Counted from the stretch's first letter, positions 10,863-24,495 are shown. The stretch is DNA of 64,000 nt from an uncultured Gemmatimonadales bacterium (GCA_963755425.1 CAVWJI010000004.1:61621-125620); one strand, 5' to 3'. Notes: a model not told the origin generated them from the letters alone. Numbers and translations: made by a program.

Positions 10863-13184
10863 TCAAAGCAGGTTGCTCTGCCGTAGCAACTGCTGCATCC
10901 AGGGTCGTGAGCGGTACGGCCTGAAGACCAGATCCGCCCGAAGCTGGTACAACTGCCAGTCATTCTCCTTCAGCGCCTCTTGCAGCCAGCGGCGTGTGCC
11001 GGTCTCGTCGCCGAGACAGGCGAAAATCCGGGCCACCGGAAAGGCGTCGATATACTCGCCCGCCTGCTGGCGGGCTTCGATTGTCCGGAGATAGGCGCGG
11101 GCATCCGCCTGGCGCCCGCAAAGGGCGTTTGTCGACTCGACAAACCCCATCAGCAGCTGATTGTCCACCGGTGCGGTCGTCGGAGCGAGCGCACGCGCGG
11201 CGTCGCACTGCCCCTCCCGCGCCAATTCCGCAGCGAACTCGCTACGCGCGGACAATCCCCGATCCAATGCGATGGCCTCGTGGAACGCCTGCTTCGCAGC
11301 CGGCAGGCTGTCCGTCAGGAGCAGGATGGTTCCGAGTCGCGTGGCGATGACAACGGACAGCGGATCGAGGGCATGCGCCCGGCGGATCGCGGCCACGGCC
11401 GAATCGAGATGTCCCGAACCCACATCATACCAGGCGCGGAAGAGCCATGTTTCCGCCCGCCCGGGCTCGAGTTCCACCGCCCTGGAGAACTCCGTGGCCG
11501 CGGCGTGCCAGTCGCGGTAGTACATCACCTCGATGAAACCCAGGGTCGCGTGCGCTTCCGCCAGGTCGGGGTTCTCGCTGATTGCTCGCCGGACATCGAC
11601 TTCCGCCGTGCGAAACTGCTCCGCCCCCGCCGCGTCGAAGGGCACCAGCAGGCTTCGGGCAGTCGCTCGGCCGGCCCAGGCCACGGCGTAATCTGGCGCG
11701 CGCAAAATGGCGTCGGAAAGCAGCGCAATCGCGCGGTTGAGCTGCACCGGATCGCGGCTGTCGATTTCGTGACGCGCGCGAAGTACTTCATCGTGGGCGG
11801 TGGAGTCCGGCTGATATGCCGTGCCTGCCGAATTCCGTACGTCCGCCGGGCGCACCTGCAGTCGGCGGGCGACCGAGTCGGCGATGTCGGCGTACAGACG
11901 GTAGAGGTCCCGCGTGACGTCGGGCTGATAGGTGGTGGACCAGATCTCGGACTTGGTGGGCACGTCGTGCAGTGCGACCGAGACGACCAGTGTGTTGCCC
12001 AATTTTTCCAGGCGCCCGGTGATGATATCGGTGACGTGGAGCGTCCTGGCGATAGCGTCGAGATCGGGATCGGGATCCTTGAATCGCATGGACGCCGCCG
12101 GGTCTCGCACGTCGATGCTCCGCAGATTCGAGAGCTTGTCCACCAGGTCGCGGCTGATGCCGTCGCTGAGATAGGCATTCGCGGTGTCGCGCGTGCTATT
12201 GACGAACGGCAGCACCGCGAGCGCGTGGCGCGTCGGGGTGCCGACGGCGGGCGCGCGATGCCGGAGCAGAGCGAACAGAACTGCGCCAGCCACGACGACG
12301 AGAAGCACCCGCCAACCGATCGTGTTCGCCGGCGAACGAGGCTCGGCGGTCGCTCCACCGTCACGAAGCGTTGACTCGAGCGCGCCGGCGGTCCGGAAAC
12401 GACTCGACGGATCCTTGGCGATGGCGGTGAGGACGGTCCGGTTGAGCGACGCCGGGAGATCGGTCCGGAGGGACGCTGGCGGGACCGGCTGCTCCGAGAT
12501 CACCCGGGCGAGGACATGGTGCGAGCTGCCGCCGGTGAATGGCGTGACGCCGGTCAGCATTTCGTAGAGCGTGACGCCGAGGGAATAGATGTCAGTACGG
12601 GCATCCAGCTCGCGCTCGCCGAGCGCCTGTTCCGGACTCATGTACTCGGGTGTTCCGAGCGAGAGTCCTGCCTGTGTGATCCGTGATTCCGTGGGAACGA
12701 CCGCAAGGGCGATCCCGAAGTCTGCAACCAGCGCCTGTCCGTCCTGGAGCAGGATATTCTCGGGTTTGATGTCGCGATGGATCACCCCTTGCCGGTGGGC
12801 GTAGTGGAGAGCCCCGGCGACCTCACCGGCGAGTCGCACCGCGTCAGCGATCGGCAACCGCGGTTCGCGCTCGAGCCGCCCGCGTAGTGACTCGCCGTCC
12901 ACGACCGGCATGACGTAGAAGACGGTGCCCGCGACGGCACCCGAGTCGAACAGTGGCACGATGTGGGGATGATGCAGGTTCGCCGTCGTCCGGATCTCGG
13001 CCAGGAATCGTTCGGCGCCGATCGTGTCGGCAAAGTCCGGGTGCAGGACCTTGACGGCGACTTTCCGCTGGTGCTTCAGATCCTCTGCCAGATACACCGT
13101 CGCCATACCGCCCCGGCCGAGTTCGCGCTCGATGCGGTAGCGGTCGGCGAGGGCGGCCGCGAGGCGGTCGAACGCATCAGTCAA
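10863..13184 (-). CDS. Ser/Thr kinase - TM - periplasmic TolB_N-like domain - TPR repeats
   Basis: 773 aa, intact. It has the Hanks motifs, a TM segment (WRVLLVVVAGAVLFALL), an LAVLPF..YLSDG module and C-terminal TPR-like helices. Confidence 0.9.
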   Translation of the reverse strand: MTDAFDRLAAALADRYRIERELGRGGMATVYLAEDLKHQRKVAVKVLHPDFADTIGAERFLAEIRTTANLHHPHIVPLFDSGAVAGTVFYVMPVVDGESLRGRLEREPRLPIADAVRLAGEVAGALHYAHRQGVIHRDIKPENILLQDGQALVADFGIALAVVPTESRITQAGLSLGTPEYMSPEQALGERELDARTDIYSLGVTLYEMLTGVTPFTGGSSHHVLARVISEQPVPPASLRTDLPASLNRTVLTAIAKDPSSRFRTAGALESTLRDGGATAEPRSPANTIGWRVLLVVVAGAVLFALLRHRAPAVGTPTRHALAVLPFVNSTRDTANAYLSDGISRDLVDKLSNLRSIDVRDPAASMRFKDPDPDLDAIARTLHVTDIITGRLEKLGNTLVVSVALHDVPTKSEIWSTTYQPDVTRDLYRLYADIADSVARRLQVRPADVRNSAGTAYQPDSTAHDEVLRARHEIDSRDPVQLNRAIALLSDAILRAPDYAVAWAGRATARSLLVPFDAAGAEQFRTAEVDVRRAISENPDLAEAHATLGFIEVMYYRDWHAAATEFSRAVELEPGRAETWLFRAWYDVGSGHLDSAVAAIRRAHALDPLSVVIATRLGTILLLTDSLPAAKQAFHEAIALDRGLSARSEFAAELAREGQCDAARALAPTTAPVDNQLLMGFVESTNALCGRQADARAYLRTIEARQQAGEYIDAFPVARIFACLGDETGTRRWLQEALKENDWQLYQLRADLVFRPYRSRPWMQQLLRQSNLL

Positions 13185-13205
13185 GCGGATTCTCTCCGCA
13201 GAGGG

Positions 13206-13730
13206 CTATTCCTCACCAGTGTGCCGCCGGTGAGAGCGGCCGGGTGCGTACCGCGAGCGCGCTCCCCGCAACGCCAGCAGTGCTTCGAGCTCGATGAGCT
13301 GCTCAACATCCTTGGGGCGCCGCACCGCCTGCTTGGAAGCGATCAGTGCCTCCAGCGTCAGGGCACGAAATTCTACTTTCCCGATCGTCACCGGCTCCGA
13401 GGCGGCCAGCGCGGCGGGATAATCGCCCACGCCGGGCACCCGGTCCAGCAGGTCGAGATCGCCGACGTCGGTGCTGAGCGTCATGATGGGAGTGGTCCTC
13501 AGGGCACGGGTGTCGAGCACAAAGGGAAGGTCTGGCTCCACCCCTCGCAAGCAGGCGTGCCAGCCGGTGAGCAACGCCACCAGCCGCTCCAGGTTGTCCG
13601 CTGCCGTATCGTAACAGATATCAAGGTCATTGGTCAGGCGCGCCGAACCGTGAATGGTTGCCGCCACTCCACCAATCACGACGAATCGGATGTTGCGCCG
13701 TACCAGCGCGGCGAGGATCGCCTCGAACAT
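13206..13730 (-). CDS. Minimal nucleotidyltransferase-fold protein (possible TA/Abi component)
   Basis: GGVAATIHGSARLTNDLDI fits the G[GS]x9-13Dx[DE] NTase signature. It lies 3 nt downstream of an HTH gene. Confidence 0.6.
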   Translation of the reverse strand: MFEAILAALVRRNIRFVVIGGVAATIHGSARLTNDLDICYDTAADNLERLVALLTGWHACLRGVEPDLPFVLDTRALRTTPIMTLSTDVGDLDLLDRVPGVGDYPAALAASEPVTIGKVEFRALTLEALIASKQAVRRPKDVEQLIELEALLALRGARSRYAPGRSHRRHTGEE

Positions 13731-13733
13731 CGG

Positions 13734-14246
13734 TTACGCCCCGGCCGGCAATCGATGGCCGCGGCGCACCCGATGGCGGAAGTCCTGCATGGCATCGAGC
13801 TGCGCCAGCCGCTGTTTCGGTGATCGTCGCAGGTTGGCTCGGAGCAGTGAGAGATCCAGGCCGTGCGCCGTCGCCCTCACCAGCGGGTCGGCCGGTTCCG
13901 CTCGCCGACCTCGGCGCCGGGGCACATACATGGTCCGGAGCTGCGAAAGCCGCACGTTGACTGCCGCCAGAATCCGGTAGACATCCACCTGAACCGCCAC
14001 CACGGCGGCCGGGTCGCCGGTGATCGTCACCAACCCGCCCTCCGTCCCGAACCGCTGGAGCGCTTCTGCCGCCATGTCCCAGGCCCGTGGCAGCGGAACA
14101 CCAGCTTCCTGCTGGATCGCCAGCGCGACCGCCAGCCGGCGCGCCAGCGGCAGGGTGTAGCGTGCGGGCGTCTCCAGCACCGCCGCGGCGTTGAGCAGCG
14201 TCTTGGGGGGCACCCCCACCAGCAGCGCCAGCTCGGCGAGCGTCAT
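13734..14246 (-). CDS. Helix-turn-helix protein, partner of the nucleotidyltransferase
   Basis: N-terminal MTLAELALLVGVPPKTLLNAA is HTH-like. The gene is tightly linked to 13206..13730. Confidence 0.55.
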   Translation of the reverse strand: MTLAELALLVGVPPKTLLNAAAVLETPARYTLPLARRLAVALAIQQEAGVPLPRAWDMAAEALQRFGTEGGLVTITGDPAAVVAVQVDVYRILAAVNVRLSQLRTMYVPRRRGRRAEPADPLVRATAHGLDLSLLRANLRRSPKQRLAQLDAMQDFRHRVRRGHRLPAGA

Positions 14247-14259
14247 TCTACAAATATAG

Positions 14260-14280
14260 TCTGATTGTCAGAGTATTATA
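14260..14280 (-). promoter_or_regulatory. Perfect TATAAT (-10, minus strand, 14275-14280) next to a TCTGA-N3-TCAGA inverted repeat (14260-14272)
   Basis: An AT-rich patch in otherwise GC-rich DNA, 14-34 nt upstream of the HTH gene start. The layout resembles an autoregulated TA promoter-operator. Confidence 0.4.
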
Positions 14281-14323
14281 AATGTCCAGCGGTCTGCGAG
14301 GGCTCCCGTGAGGCGTTCCAGGC

Positions 14324-16696
14324 TCATCGTGGACCATTCCCGAAATCCTGCGGGCGCGGATAGCGCAGTTGTACCAGAATGTCCTGAACCCGGGGATCCG
14401 CCCGGAGTTTCGGGCCCAACCCGGCGTACAAGGCCGGTGCGCCGATCGATTCGCGCTCGGGGCTCTTCTCCAGCCTGGTGAGGTAGGCGATGACGCTGTC
14501 ATCACCGTCGATGACCCGGCGCAGGACCACGCCAAAGACCGGCCCGGCAGTCGCTTCGACCTGTCGCAGCACAGCCGCCCGATCGGTCGGACCATGCAGC
14601 CGGCGCGCGATTGCTGTCGCTTGCGCGCTGTCGGTTCCGGTGATGCGGAGGTATCTGAGGTAGTCGGACACCGCCGCGTCGAATCGCCCCAGGAGCAGGT
14701 CGTGGCTGAACAGCACCTGCTGCGTGAGCGGATTGTCCGGGTTCAGGGACTCCGCTTGTTCGATCAGTGGCAGGGCCTCCGATTCGCGGTCCCCGCCGTC
14801 GTAGGTGGCGGCGAGTGACACCACAATGACGTACGACAACGGGTCCAGCTCCCGGGCGCGCTCCATCTCCTTGATTGCCTCGTCCCAGCGATTCCAGACC
14901 ATCAGGTCGTATGAATACCATTGATGGCCGGTTGCGTATCGTGGGCTGAGCTGAATCCCCTGCTGGAACGCCTCGGCGGCTTCCTGCCAACGGTTGCGGT
15001 ACTCCAGGATCTCCGCAAGGGACGTACGAGCCTCACCGAGTCCCGGCGCGATGGCGATGGCGCGCCTCGCGGCGCGCTCCGCCAAGGTGAGGATCGAGTC
15101 CTGGTTGATACCCGGGACGGCGTACTCGGCGGGGCCGAAGAGCACATACGAATCTGCGAGGCCCGACCAGGCCTGAGCGTAGGTCGAGTCCGCCAGCAGC
15201 GCTTTCTCGAAATATTCGGCGGCCCGCACCATGCCGGTCGTGGTGCGCTTGTTCCAGTAGAAGCGGCCCAGGAGATACGCATCGTAAGCCGCCGGATTCC
15301 GCGTTCCTTCGACCACCACCGTCGTGTCCGACCGAGCGATCAGCTTCCCCTGAAGTGCCGTCACGACCGCCTGGGCCACCTCGTCCTGCACCGCGAAGAT
15401 GTCGCTCGCGCTCCGATCGAAGCTCTGCGACCAGAGGTGCAGGCCGTCGGAGGTCTTGATCAGCTGCGCGGTCACCCGCAGGCGATCTCCCGATTTCTGC
15501 ACGCTTCCCTCGAGCACCGTGGCGACGCCGAGTTGCTTGCCGATCTCGCGAACATCCTCGCGCTTGTCGCGGAACGAGAACGCCGACGTGCGCGCCGCGA
15601 CGCTCAGGCCAGGGACGTTCGTCAACGCATTGATCAGCGTCTCGGCCATGCCGTCGCCGAGGTAGGCGCTCTCTCGCTCGGGGCTCAAATCGACGAACGG
15701 AAGCACCGCCACCGAGGCCGCAATCGTCGAGGCGGCGGATGGGCGCCGGCGCCACACAAGGGCTCCGGCCAGCACGGCGAGCACGAGCAGGACACCCATC
15801 GCAACGGGCATTCGTCTCGTGTCCCGCGCCGGTCGCAACGGTGTTGCCGTCGCCGGTGACGCTTCGGCGGCGCGGAGCGCTTCCGAGAATTGCGCGACGG
15901 GATTGAACCGGTCCGCCGGCACCTTCGCCAGCGCCCGCTGCAACGCCGCCGCCACCGGCGCAGGCACAGCGGGTCGGTAGTTCGTCACCGGCGGTGCATC
16001 CACCACCATGTGCTGTCGCACCAGCGCTTCGGCGGTGGCGCCGGTGAACGGCGGCTGGCCGGCGAGCATCTCGTAGAGCACGCATGCCAGCGCGTAGAGA
16101 TCGCTGCGGCCGTCCAGGGCCTGCTCGCCGGCTGCCTGCTCAGGGCTCATGTAGGCTGGAGTCCCGAGTGCCATGCCGGTCTGGGTGAGCGACTCGCCGC
16201 CGGCGGCCCGCACGGCCTTGGCGATCCCGAAGTCGGCGACCACCGCGTGACCGCTTTCCAGCAGGATGTTCTCCGGCTTGATGTCGCGATGAATCACCCC
16301 GCGGGAATGCGCGTAACTGAGTGCGTCCGCGACTTCGCGGGCGATCTGGAGTGCGGAGTCGACCGGAAGCTGCTTCTCCCGGTTGAGCCGGTCGCGGAGC
16401 GTCTCGCCCTCGATATACGGCATCACGTAGAAGAGCTGGCCGTCCGCGCTGCCGGAATCGAAGAGCGGCAGGATGTGCGGATGACTCAGTGCCGCGGTGG
16501 TCTTGATTTCCTGAATGAACCGGTCGGCCCCGAGGACCGCGGCGAGCTCCGGCTTGAGCACCTTGATCGCGACCTGGCGATCGTGCTTCAGGTCACGAGC
16601 GAGATAGACCGTCGCCATCCCGCCCTGCCCGAGCTCGCGCTCGACGGTGTAGCGGTCGGCGAGCCCTGCCCTGAGGCGATCGGTGATGTCGGTCAC
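14324..16696 (-). CDS. Ser/Thr kinase - TM - TolB_N-like domain - TPR repeats
   Basis: 790 aa, intact, with the same architecture as 10863..13184. Confidence 0.9.
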   Translation of the reverse strand: MTDITDRLRAGLADRYTVERELGQGGMATVYLARDLKHDRQVAIKVLKPELAAVLGADRFIQEIKTTAALSHPHILPLFDSGSADGQLFYVMPYIEGETLRDRLNREKQLPVDSALQIAREVADALSYAHSRGVIHRDIKPENILLESGHAVVADFGIAKAVRAAGGESLTQTGMALGTPAYMSPEQAAGEQALDGRSDLYALACVLYEMLAGQPPFTGATAEALVRQHMVVDAPPVTNYRPAVPAPVAAALQRALAKVPADRFNPVAQFSEALRAAEASPATATPLRPARDTRRMPVAMGVLLVLAVLAGALVWRRRPSAASTIAASVAVLPFVDLSPERESAYLGDGMAETLINALTNVPGLSVAARTSAFSFRDKREDVREIGKQLGVATVLEGSVQKSGDRLRVTAQLIKTSDGLHLWSQSFDRSASDIFAVQDEVAQAVVTALQGKLIARSDTTVVVEGTRNPAAYDAYLLGRFYWNKRTTTGMVRAAEYFEKALLADSTYAQAWSGLADSYVLFGPAEYAVPGINQDSILTLAERAARRAIAIAPGLGEARTSLAEILEYRNRWQEAAEAFQQGIQLSPRYATGHQWYSYDLMVWNRWDEAIKEMERARELDPLSYVIVVSLAATYDGGDRESEALPLIEQAESLNPDNPLTQQVLFSHDLLLGRFDAAVSDYLRYLRITGTDSAQATAIARRLHGPTDRAAVLRQVEATAGPVFGVVLRRVIDGDDSVIAYLTRLEKSPERESIGAPALYAGLGPKLRADPRVQDILVQLRYPRPQDFGNGPR

Positions 16697-16737
16697 GTGG
16701 TCACCTTACTCCGGTTCCTGGTAAGCGAGCGGCAAGC

Positions 16738-19461
<2,724 letters not shown>

Positions 19462-19663
19462 TTGCCTGGTGTCAAGGTAGACCCTAACCTATCGCCCGGA
19501 AGATCGCGTGGCCAGCGCGCGACTGGCGGCCGCGCCGCGCCACGCCCGGCTTTCATCGGTCGGGCCGCTGCCGTGCATTTGCCGTGCGAAGGCAGGGGAG
19601 GTATCGTCTCCAGCGCATGCCTTTCCGCTGGACCTGCCTTCGATTCGATCAGAGGTATTTCCG

Positions 19664-21534
19664 ATGAGACACCGCCCGCGCACCCTGCTGGTCATGGCAA
19701 CCGCAGTTGTCACCCTGCCGGTGGCCCGCCTTTCCGCCCAGAAACCGGTGATTACCAAAGCCAGCGAGCTTCCGGTGCACAGCTACCGGGTCAGTGAGCC
19801 GGCCTCGAAGATCGTGCAGGACAGCGTTGCCATGGACCGGCTGGCGACGGCACTCGGCCGCGACATCAGCGGCGACATGAGTCGGTACGACATCCGGGAC
19901 CAGACGACCCGACGCGACGACTACGCCACTCTGTCGAACATCGCGCTGTTGCGTGGCCAATACGATGCCGCGCTCACCTGGTCCGACAGCGCCCGCACCC
20001 TGCAGAGCAAACCGGCTGAGCGGCTGCTCAATGGCGTGATGCTCCGGGCCATCGTGGCGGCGGCGAGAGCGCCAGCCGCCGGTGCCAGCTCGGCCTTTTC
20101 CACCACCCTCGCGCGGGAGCTCGACGCGCTGCCCTACGACACGGTGCAGGCGGAACTCAAGTCGACCAGCGGCGGACTTGCGACGCTGGCGCCCGGTCTC
20201 GTGATCGGCATGGTCCAGGCCAGCAACGACTCGGCGTCGATGAGCGGTTCGATTTCGGAGGATATCGCCACCAGCCTGGTGAGTTCCGCGGTCGCGCTGC
20301 GGCGGCTCTATCCCTACCGCGACGCGGCGATGGCGGAACTCAACCGGATCATCGATGCGCATCATGTCGAGAAGGCCGACATCTGGGCGGCGCGGGACGT
20401 ATCGCTCGACGGCCGGTCCGGACTGACGCCGGTGATCGTGGCCATCAGTGACGTGGGAACCGACGTGAGCCTCTTTCCGGGCCGGGTCTGGACCAACCCG
20501 AAGGAGATTCCGGGCAACGGCAAGGACGACGATCATGACGGATATGTCGACGACGTCCACGGCATCGGGTGGACGTGGGACGGCAAGGAAGTGCTGGGCG
20601 TGCTGCGTCCACTGGCGCCGTACACCCAGGCCGACATGGACACCGCCGCGACGCAAATCGAGGGATTCGACGACTTGCAGGCCCACCTCGATACGCCGGC
20701 GGCGCGGGCGGTGCAGGCGACGATCGCGTCCCTGGCGCCGGCCGCCGTGAAGTCGTTCTACGAGCGCGTCGAGTTCTACACGAACTACGCGCACGGCACC
20801 CACGTGGCGGGGATCTCGTCGCGCGGCAACCCGGCCGTCCGGCTCCAGGTCGACCGCCTCGAGTTCCCGTACCAGATGATTCCGCCGCCGCCGACGCAGG
20901 GGTTTGCGGACGGCTATGCGGCAGCGATGCGACATGATGTCGAGTATTACAAGCGGACCGGCGTGCGGGTGGTCAACATGAGCTGGGCCATCAGCCAGGA
21001 CGACATTCAGCAGATGCTCGAGGCCAATCGAGTCGGGAAGTCGGACGAGGAGCGGAAGGCGATGGCGGTGAAGTACTTCGCCATTGTCGCCGACACCTTC
21101 CGGAGTGCGATGGCCAGCGCGCCGGGCGTGCTTTTCGTCTCCGCCGCCGGGAACAGCGACAACAACAACGCCTTCACGGCGACCCTCCCGGCGTCGTTCG
21201 ACCTCCCCAACACCATCACCGTGGGGGCGGTGGACCAGGCCGGCGACCAGGCGGCGTTCACGTCGTTCGGCAAGGTGGACGTCTATGCCGACGGCTACGA
21301 AGTGGAAAGCGTGTTGCCCGGCGGGCAGAAGCAGAAGTGGAGCGGCACCAGCATGGCCTCGCCGCAGGTGGTGAACCTGGCGGCCAAGCTGCTGGCGCTG
21401 CACCCGAAGCTCACGCCGGTCGAGCTCAAGCGGCATCATCGTGCGAGGGCGCGGACGCCAAGGAAGTGGGCGGACGAACCATCCGCCTGCTGAACGAGAA
21501 GAAGTCCATTCAACTGGCGCGGGAGGTTCCGTGA
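19664..21534 (+). CDS. Secreted subtilisin-like serine peptidase (S8); the last ~30 codons are reached only after correcting two 1-nt insertions near 21434/21444
   Basis: Signal peptide MRHRPRTLLVMATAVVTLPVARLSAQ, with catalytic motifs SDVGTD, HGTHVAG and GTSMASP. A conserved C-terminus (..ADAKEVGGRTIRLLNEKKSIQLAREVP*) lies in another frame and ends in a GTGA overlap with the next gene. Confidence 0.8.
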
Positions 21535-22954
21535 AGGCTGTCTCGCTGTTCGCCGTACTGCTGTTTGGCGGCCTCACGCCCGCACCCGCCCAACGGGCGG
21601 CGAAGCCGTCCGTGCCGCGGATACCGGTCGAATCCTACCAGCTGCCGAACGGGCTGACGGTGTTGCTCTCGGTGGACCATTCGGCGCCGGTGGTGGCCGT
21701 CGACGTCGAGCATCACGTCGGGTCGAAGAACGAGGAGGTGGGCCGCACCGGCTTTGCCCACCTCTTCGAGCACGTGATGTTCACCGGCTCCGGTCACGTG
21801 CCCTACGGCATGCACGACAAGTACACCGAGGGCGTGGGCGGGTCGAACAACGGCTCGACCAACAACGACAAGACCAACTTCTTCGAGTCGGTGCCATCCA
21901 ACTACCTCGAGACCGAGCTCTGGCTCGAGTCCGACCGGATGGGCTGGCTGCTCGACGCGCTCGACATCGCCAAGCTCAACGCCCAGCGCGACGTGGTGAA
22001 GAACGAGCGGCGGCAGAGCTACGACAACCGTCCCTACGGGCGCGTCGGCGAGATCATGGACGCCGCAGCTCTATCCCGCCGGGCCATCCGTACCACTGGC
22101 CGGTGATCGGGTCGATGACCGACCTCACCGCGCGCGTCGGAAGCCGACGTGAAGGCGTTCTACAACAAGTGGTACGGGCCCAACAACGCCGTGCTGGTGA
22201 TCGCCGGCGACTTCAATCCGGTGCAGGCGAAGGCCTGGGTCCAGCAGTACTTCGGCGCCGATCCCGCGCGGCCCGGCGATCACCCGGCCGGTGGTGCCGG
22301 CGGCGCACCTCGACGCGCCGAAGCGCTTCGTCTACGAAGACAACGTCGCGCTGCCGGAGCTCTTCATCGAGTGGCCCGGCGTGGGCGTCCGGTCCGCCGA
22401 TCGCGCTGCGCTCAGCGTCATGGGCTCGATCATCAGCGGCGACCGGACCCAGTGGCTCACCCAGGAGTTCGTCTACGACCGCCGGTGGGCGTCGTCGATC
22501 TCGCTGCGGCCGAGCATGAACGAGAACGCCGGCTACGGTCGACCTGAGGGTGGTGCCGATCCCCGGCATCGACCTCACCAGCCTGGAGAGCGCGATCGAT
22601 TCGGTGATCGACCGCTTCAAGCGCCGAGGGACCGACCGCCGAGGAGATGAAGAAGGCCACAGCCGGCATCGAGTTCGGTTCGTACAACCGGCTGCAGTCG
22701 ATGCTCGGCAAGGCGATGACGCTGGCCAGCGGCTGGATCTACCACAACGACCCGTCGTGGTACGCCAGGGACCTCACCGAGACGCTGCGCCGTGACCGCG
22801 GCCGACGTCAAGCGCGTGGCCGAACGCGTATCTCGGCCCCGATCGCATCGTCCTCTCGGCGGTGCCGATGGGGAAGCGCAACCTGGCGTCGCACGCCGAC
22901 CAGTCCACGCCGATCACGTCGCCGTTCGCATCCACGCAGGAGGTGGGCCAGTGA
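21531..22954 (+). pseudogene. M16 (pitrilysin-family) zinc peptidase, HxxEH subunit, at least 8 frame changes
   Basis: Signal peptide followed by the HLFEH motif. The coding sense hops between frames near 22066, 22085, 22140, 22262, 22535, 22630, 22785 and 22825, and every segment still reads as conserved M16 sequence. Confidence 0.75.
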
Positions 22955-24402
22955 AACACCGCAGCCAGGTTCTCGCGGTCGTCACCCTTGTGGGTCGCTG
23001 CCCGGCGCGGTCGTGGCGCAGGGCACATTCGCTGGACCGCACCCAGGCCGCCGCCGGTGGCGCCGACGCCCGTCTTCACGGTGCCGTCGTGGACGGTGGA
23101 TACGCTCTCGAACGGCGCACGCCTCGTCGTGGTCGAGAAGCGGGACCTGCCGATCGTGTCGTTGGCTCGATCCACTTCGAGGGCGGTCACCAACCAGCTC
23201 GGCACCAAGGAAGGGCGTGGCGCCGTTCGTCGGGTGCGATGATGCGGGAAGGGACCGCGACCCGCAGCGCCGACGAACTCAACAACGAGCTGGCGCTGCT
23301 GGGGACGAACGTCGGATTCGGCATCGGCGACGAATCGGGGATCGCGTCATTCTCGTCGCTGTCGCGCACGTTCGACCGACGCTGGCCATCATGATGGACA
23401 TGATGCTGCACTCGACATTCCCCGCGGCGGCGCTGGAACGCCTCCGGGCGCAGGCGCTGGCCTCGTACACCCGGGCGCAGGATGTGGTCGGGACCGTCGC
23501 CGTCGGAGATCACGCCGAAGCTGCTCTACGGTGACCAGCCCTACGGCCGGGTGACCGATGATGCCGACCTCAAGGCGGTCACGCGCGACGACGTGGCCAA
23601 CCTGGCGAAGGCGCTCTTCGTGCCCGCCAACGCCACGATCTACGTGGTAGGTGACATGACGCGAGCGGAGGCGAAGGCGAAGCTCGAGCGCGCGTTCGGC
23701 ATCTGGCCCGCCAGCGGCGGGAAGCTGGCCGTCAGTTATCCCGCGCCGCCGGCGCTCGGGCCCACCACGATCTACCTGGTGGACATGCCCGAGAAGCCCC
23801 AGTCGGAGATCATCCTGGCGCGGACGATTCCGCCGGAATACTCGCCCGACATGGCCCGGATCGACGTCATGGACGCCATTCTGGGCGGGATGTTCCAGTC
23901 GCGCCTCAATTCGGACATTCGCGAACTGCACGGGTGGAGCTACGGCTTCAATTCGTACTCGGCGTGGATGAAGGGCCCCGGATCGGAACGGGCGCTGGGC
24001 GCGGTGACGCGGGAGAAGACCGACTCGTCGCTGATCGAGGCGATGAAGCAGGTCCGCGGGATGACCGGGCCGATGCCGATCACGTCGGACGAACTGACCG
24101 CAGCGAAGAACTCGCTGACCCTGTCGTTACCGGCGGAGCTGCAGTCCAATGCCGGCACGATGTCGGTGGTTTCCGAGATCGTCGACAATGACCTGCCGAG
24201 GAGCTGGTGGTCGAACTATATCGCGGCGGTGCGGGCCACGACCGCGGCCGACGTCGCGGCGATGACGTTGAAGTACATGGATCCCGATCACCTGACGATC
24301 CTGGTGGTGGGCGACGGGGCAAAGATCGCGGATGCCGTCAAGGCGACGGGGATTGCGCCCGTGGTCCTGCTGGACAAGGCGGGCAAGCGGGTGACGCCGT
24401 AG
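22951..24402 (+). pseudogene. M16-family peptidase, second (non-HxxEH) subunit, at least 9 frame changes in its first 550 nt
   Basis: GTGA overlap with the upstream gene. Frame hops occur near 22996, 23028, 23050, 23165, 23187, 23212, 23236, 23378 and 23500. From 23500 to 24402 a single frame is clean. Confidence 0.75.
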
Positions 24403-24495
24403 CGGCGAGCGGTGGCGGCGGAGAGGCGGGTGAGGGCGTTCGCGCTCGTCGCTGACGCGACCGGTGCGCGCCAACGGGTCAGCGGTCGATATCGC

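Noticed and set aside
19649-21577. A 642-aa minus-strand ORF. Similar long antisense ORFs occur at 28629..30545, 32932..34701, 10980..12374, 14921..15859 and 41373..42368.
   Set aside because: All lie opposite genes with strong family signatures and have Arg-rich, repetitive translations. These are GC-driven open frames.
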